From contig OY970320.1 in assembly GCA_963716745.1 (NCBI GenBank), positions 3,008,001 through 3,072,000 on the forward strand: a stretch of DNA of 64,000 nucleotides, read 5' to 3'. Position 1 is the first letter of the stretch, and each line of letters starts with the position of its first letter. The position numbers were made by a program, and so were the translations under genes. The DNA is from an uncultured Gemmatimonadaceae bacterium (GTDB lineage: Bacteria > Gemmatimonadota > Gemmatimonadetes > Gemmatimonadales > Gemmatimonadaceae). Shown in pieces: positions 60,720 through 64,000 of the stretch. Under the pieces are notes generated by a model, which saw only the letters and a program-made list of their open reading frames with translations, made no database searches and was not told the origin of the DNA.

Positions 60720-63700
60720 CTACGCCCGCGCCTCGCTCTCGGGCGCGGCAGGTGGGCGTCGGCGCGCGTCGGCGGGCTTCGCGGTCGCTTCGCCCTCGAT
60801 GGACTCGTCCACCGGCTCGCCGCGCATGCGCACGCTCACGAAGCTGCTCACGCCGGGCTCCTGCATCGTGACGCCATATACCGCGTCGGCGGCCGCTGTC
60901 GTGGTGCGCGGATTGTGTGTGATCACGATGAACTGCGTCTTCGTCTTGAACTGGTTGAGCATCTTCACGAAGCGGCCGACGTTCGCATCATCCAGCGGCG
61001 CGTCTACCTCATCCATGAGACAGAACGGGCTCGGCTTCGTGAGGAAGATGCCGAAGAGCAGGGAGAGCGCGACGAGCGCGCGCTCGCCGCTCGAGAGGAG
61101 GTGGATGCGCTGCGTGCGCTTCCCGCGCGGCGACGCATGGATCTCGATGTCGCATTCCAGCGGGCGCTCGGGATCCTCGAGGCGCAGGTCGCAGTCGCCG
61201 CCGCCGAAGAGCGTCAGGAAGATCTGCCGGAAGTTCTCGCGTACCTGCGCGAACGTCTCGAGGAAGAGCGACTGCGCCGTGGCATCGATCTCGCGGATCG
61301 CCTGGTGCAGGGAATTCTTGGCGCTCACGAGATCGGTGCGCTGCGTCGTGAGATAGTCCAGGCGCTTCTGCTCTTCGTCGTGCTCCTCCACCGCGAGCGC
61401 GTTCACCGGGCCGATCGACTTCGAGCTCGTCGCGCAGGCGGCCGACCTCGGTGCGGAGCGTCTCATCGTCCATCTCCACCGGCGCGAGCGACGCGAACAT
61501 GTCGTCGAGCGGGCGGCGCCATTCGGCCTCGAGGCGCTCCTTGATCGCCGTGCGGCGCCCGGCGAGCTCGGTGTAGCGCAGCTCCGCCTGGTGCAGCGCA
61601 TCCGCGTTCGCCGTCGCGGCGTGCCGCGCCGCATCCAGCGCGTGTTCGATCTCCTGCAGCCGCGTGTCGGCGTCGCGCACGGCGTGCTCGGCATCCTTGA
61701 GCTGCTTCTCGTCGCCGGCAAGCGCGGCGCGGCGCGTCTCGACCTGCACCTGCCACTCGGTCATCCGTGCGGCGAGCTCGCGGTCCGCCTGCTGGATCTC
61801 CGCGAGCTCGGCGGCGAGCGCGGCCACGCGCTGGTCGGCGGTCGCGACTTCCGTGGCGAGCCGACGCTCGCGGTCGAGCGCTACTTGGAGGCGGCCCTCG
61901 GCCTGCGCTTGTTCCACCTGCCACCGGGTGCGGTCCTCGCGCGCGGCGTCCTGCCGGCGCTCCGCCGCCGCGAGCGCATCGCGCGCCGCGTCGAGGGCGG
62001 CGCCGCGCTCGGCGATCGACGCAGTCACGCGCGCCGATTCTCCCTCGAGCGAAGTGAGCCGTGCGCCCAGCTCGGCATGACGTTCCGCGATCCGTGCGGC
62101 GAGCGCCTGCGTCGTGGCCAATTCCTTCTCGTGGCGGCGCGCGCGCAGTTCGATCGCGGCGCGCGCGTCGGCGGCATCGCGTGCGTGCCCCTGGGCGGTC
62201 TCGGCGGCGTCGGTCGCGGCCGAGACCGCACGCTCCGCGGCGTCGAGCGCCGCGCGTGCCGATTCGGCTTGCGACTGCGCCGCGTCGCGTGCGCGCGCCG
62301 ACGTGCCCAGCTGTTCGCGCAGCGCGCCGAGGTCGGCGCGGCGGCGGAGCGGACCCGGTCCGCCGGCGTCGCCCGGCAGCCACATCGCGCCGCGCGCATC
62401 CACGAACGCGGCGCCGTCGTCGGTGGCGCGCACGTGGCCGAGCAGGTTCTTTACCCACGCGCGCGCGATCTCGGCCGCGTCCACGCGCGCCGCGAGCGTG
62501 CCGCGGTCCATGTCGGCGAACATCGGGCCATCCAGCGGCAGCAGCAGCAGCGAACCGGGGCTCACGCGCGCATGCCATTCGCGCACCGCGTCGGCGGTCG
62601 CGCGATCGCGCACGAGCACGGCATGCACCGTGTTGCCGAGGAACCGCTCAATGAGCGTCGCGCTCTGCGCGCCGGCGGTGATGAAATCGGACAGCGGTCC
62701 GATGATCGCGCCGGCGCCGAAGCTCGCACGGTCTTCCAGCAGCCGCGCGGTGGCGGGTGCGAGACCCACGCGGTCGCGCTCGAGCGCTTCCAGTGCGTTC
62801 GACTTGCCCTGCAACGCGGCGAGCTGCTCCTCGGAGGAGAGCAGGGCACCGCGCGCCGATGCGTCGCGCGCCCGGGCCTGATCGGCCTGCGCGCGCGCAT
62901 TGGAGAGCGCCGTCGCAGCGCCCAGCGCGCGGGCGGTCGCCTCATCCAGCTCGCGCTCCGCGGTCTTGAGCTCGGTCATTGCCGTGGCGCGCGCTTCTTC
63001 GTGCTGCGCATGTTCCGCGGCGGCCGCCGCAGCGCGCCCCGCGAGTTCGCTGCGTTCGTGGTCCGCGCTCTCGCGGTCGAGCGCCACGCGGCGCGCGTCG
63101 TCGCGCGCGCCGGCGGCGGTGCGCTCGCGCTCGTCGAATGCCGCGCGCGCCACGGCGACCTCGGTACGGGCATGCTCTTCGGCCGTCTGCCGCGCCGAGA
63201 GCGCGCGGCGCGCCTCTTCGACCTCGGCCTCCACGCCCGAGCGCGCGGAGAGCGCCTGCTCGCGGTCGGTGCCCAGTTGCAGGTTGAGCTGCTCGCCCTG
63301 CCGGCGTTCTTCCTCCGCGCGCAGGCGGCGCGCGCTCGCGTTGCGCTGCCGCTCCTCGGCCACCCGGAGTTCGCTCTCGAGGCGCAGGATGTCCTGTTGC
63401 TGCGTGTTCACCGAGCGCGCGAGATCGCCGCGCCGCGTCTCCGCGCCGCCGCGCGCCGCGTACGCGCTCTCGCGCGCCGACTCCGCGGCCATCACCGCGC
63501 GCTCCGCTTCCGGCGCCTGCGCGCGCTGGGCCGCGACGGTCACCTCGAGGCGCGCGAGCTCGTCGCGCCAACTCGCCATGTCGCGCGAGGCGAGCGTGAG
63601 TTCCAGGTTGAAGCGCTGCGCGTTGAGCTCCACGTGCCGCTCGGCCTTCTTGCGCTGGCGCGACAGCGACCGCACCTGGCTCTGCACTTCGCCAATGAGA

Positions 63701-64000
63701 TCGTCGAGTCGCGCGAGGTCCACCGTCGTCTCTTCGAGACGCCGCTCGGTGCTGCGGCGGCGATCGCGGTAGAGCGCCACGCCCGCGGCCTCCTCGAACA
63801 GCTCGCGGCGATCATCGGGACGATCGGAGAGCAGCGCGTCGATCATGCGCGCCTCGATCACCACGCCAGCGTCGGCGCCGAGTCCGGTGCCGCTCACGAG
63901 ATCGTGGATGTCGCGCAGCCGGCAGGGCGCGCGATTGAGCAGGTACTCGCTCTCGCCCGAGCGCGAGAGGCGGCGCGAGATCACCACTTCCTGGAACGCG
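60720..64000 (-). CDS. smc: chromosome segregation protein SMC (5' end outside window), frameshift near 61417
   Basis: R.GESEYLLN, RRELFEEAAG, long coiled coils, hinge, GPVN..A, LSSGE, DEVDAPLD, ITH. Confidence 0.94.

Noticed and set aside
2058..61420. Mass pseudogenisation or programmed frameshifting in about 17 genes
   Set aside because: Housekeeping genes (smc, tmk, lnt, aroF) are affected, motifs are intact on both sides and no shared slippery site is evident; best explained by long-read indel errors
1282..63815. Many long antisense or alternate-frame ORFs (e.g. 1282..3369, 9683..12217, 15214..18192, 53670..55763)
   Set aside because: Arg/Ala-rich shadows of real genes expected in high-GC DNA; no family motifs

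Overview
High-GC bacterial chromosome segment. Gene content and order suggest Gemmatimonadota (inference, not verified). About 17 genes carry small frameshifts, including smc, tmk, lnt and aroF, which points to long-read assembly errors rather than pseudogenes. In order, the window holds: a BchO-like hydrolase (5' partial); a TolC-MFP-ATPase exporter operon with three tandem pairs of MacB/FtsX permeases; a large NtrY-like kinase; two lipoproteins; comM/yifB; a hydroxyproline catabolic cluster; larE, thpR, an NtrX-like regulator and an ALDH; lepB-sigma70-yajQ; rimO-spoIID-lnt-hydantoinase A/B; a six-gene envelope plus cyclic-nucleotide operon (CsgG/TolB-N-like lipoprotein, beta-barrel, CRP, MBL hydrolase, second CsgG-like protein, GAF-HD-GYP); rpmE-prfA-prmC-ylbF-tmk-S41 protease; and lolA-aroF-MBL hydrolase-smc (partial). 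The most notable observations are a family of palindromic elements abutting stop codons, the cyclic-nucleotide operon, CTG starts in CTGA overlaps (prfA and crp), likely leaderless promoters, several large intergenic fold-backs and three intact ORFs with degenerate active sites. No rRNA, tRNA, CRISPR array or transposase was seen.
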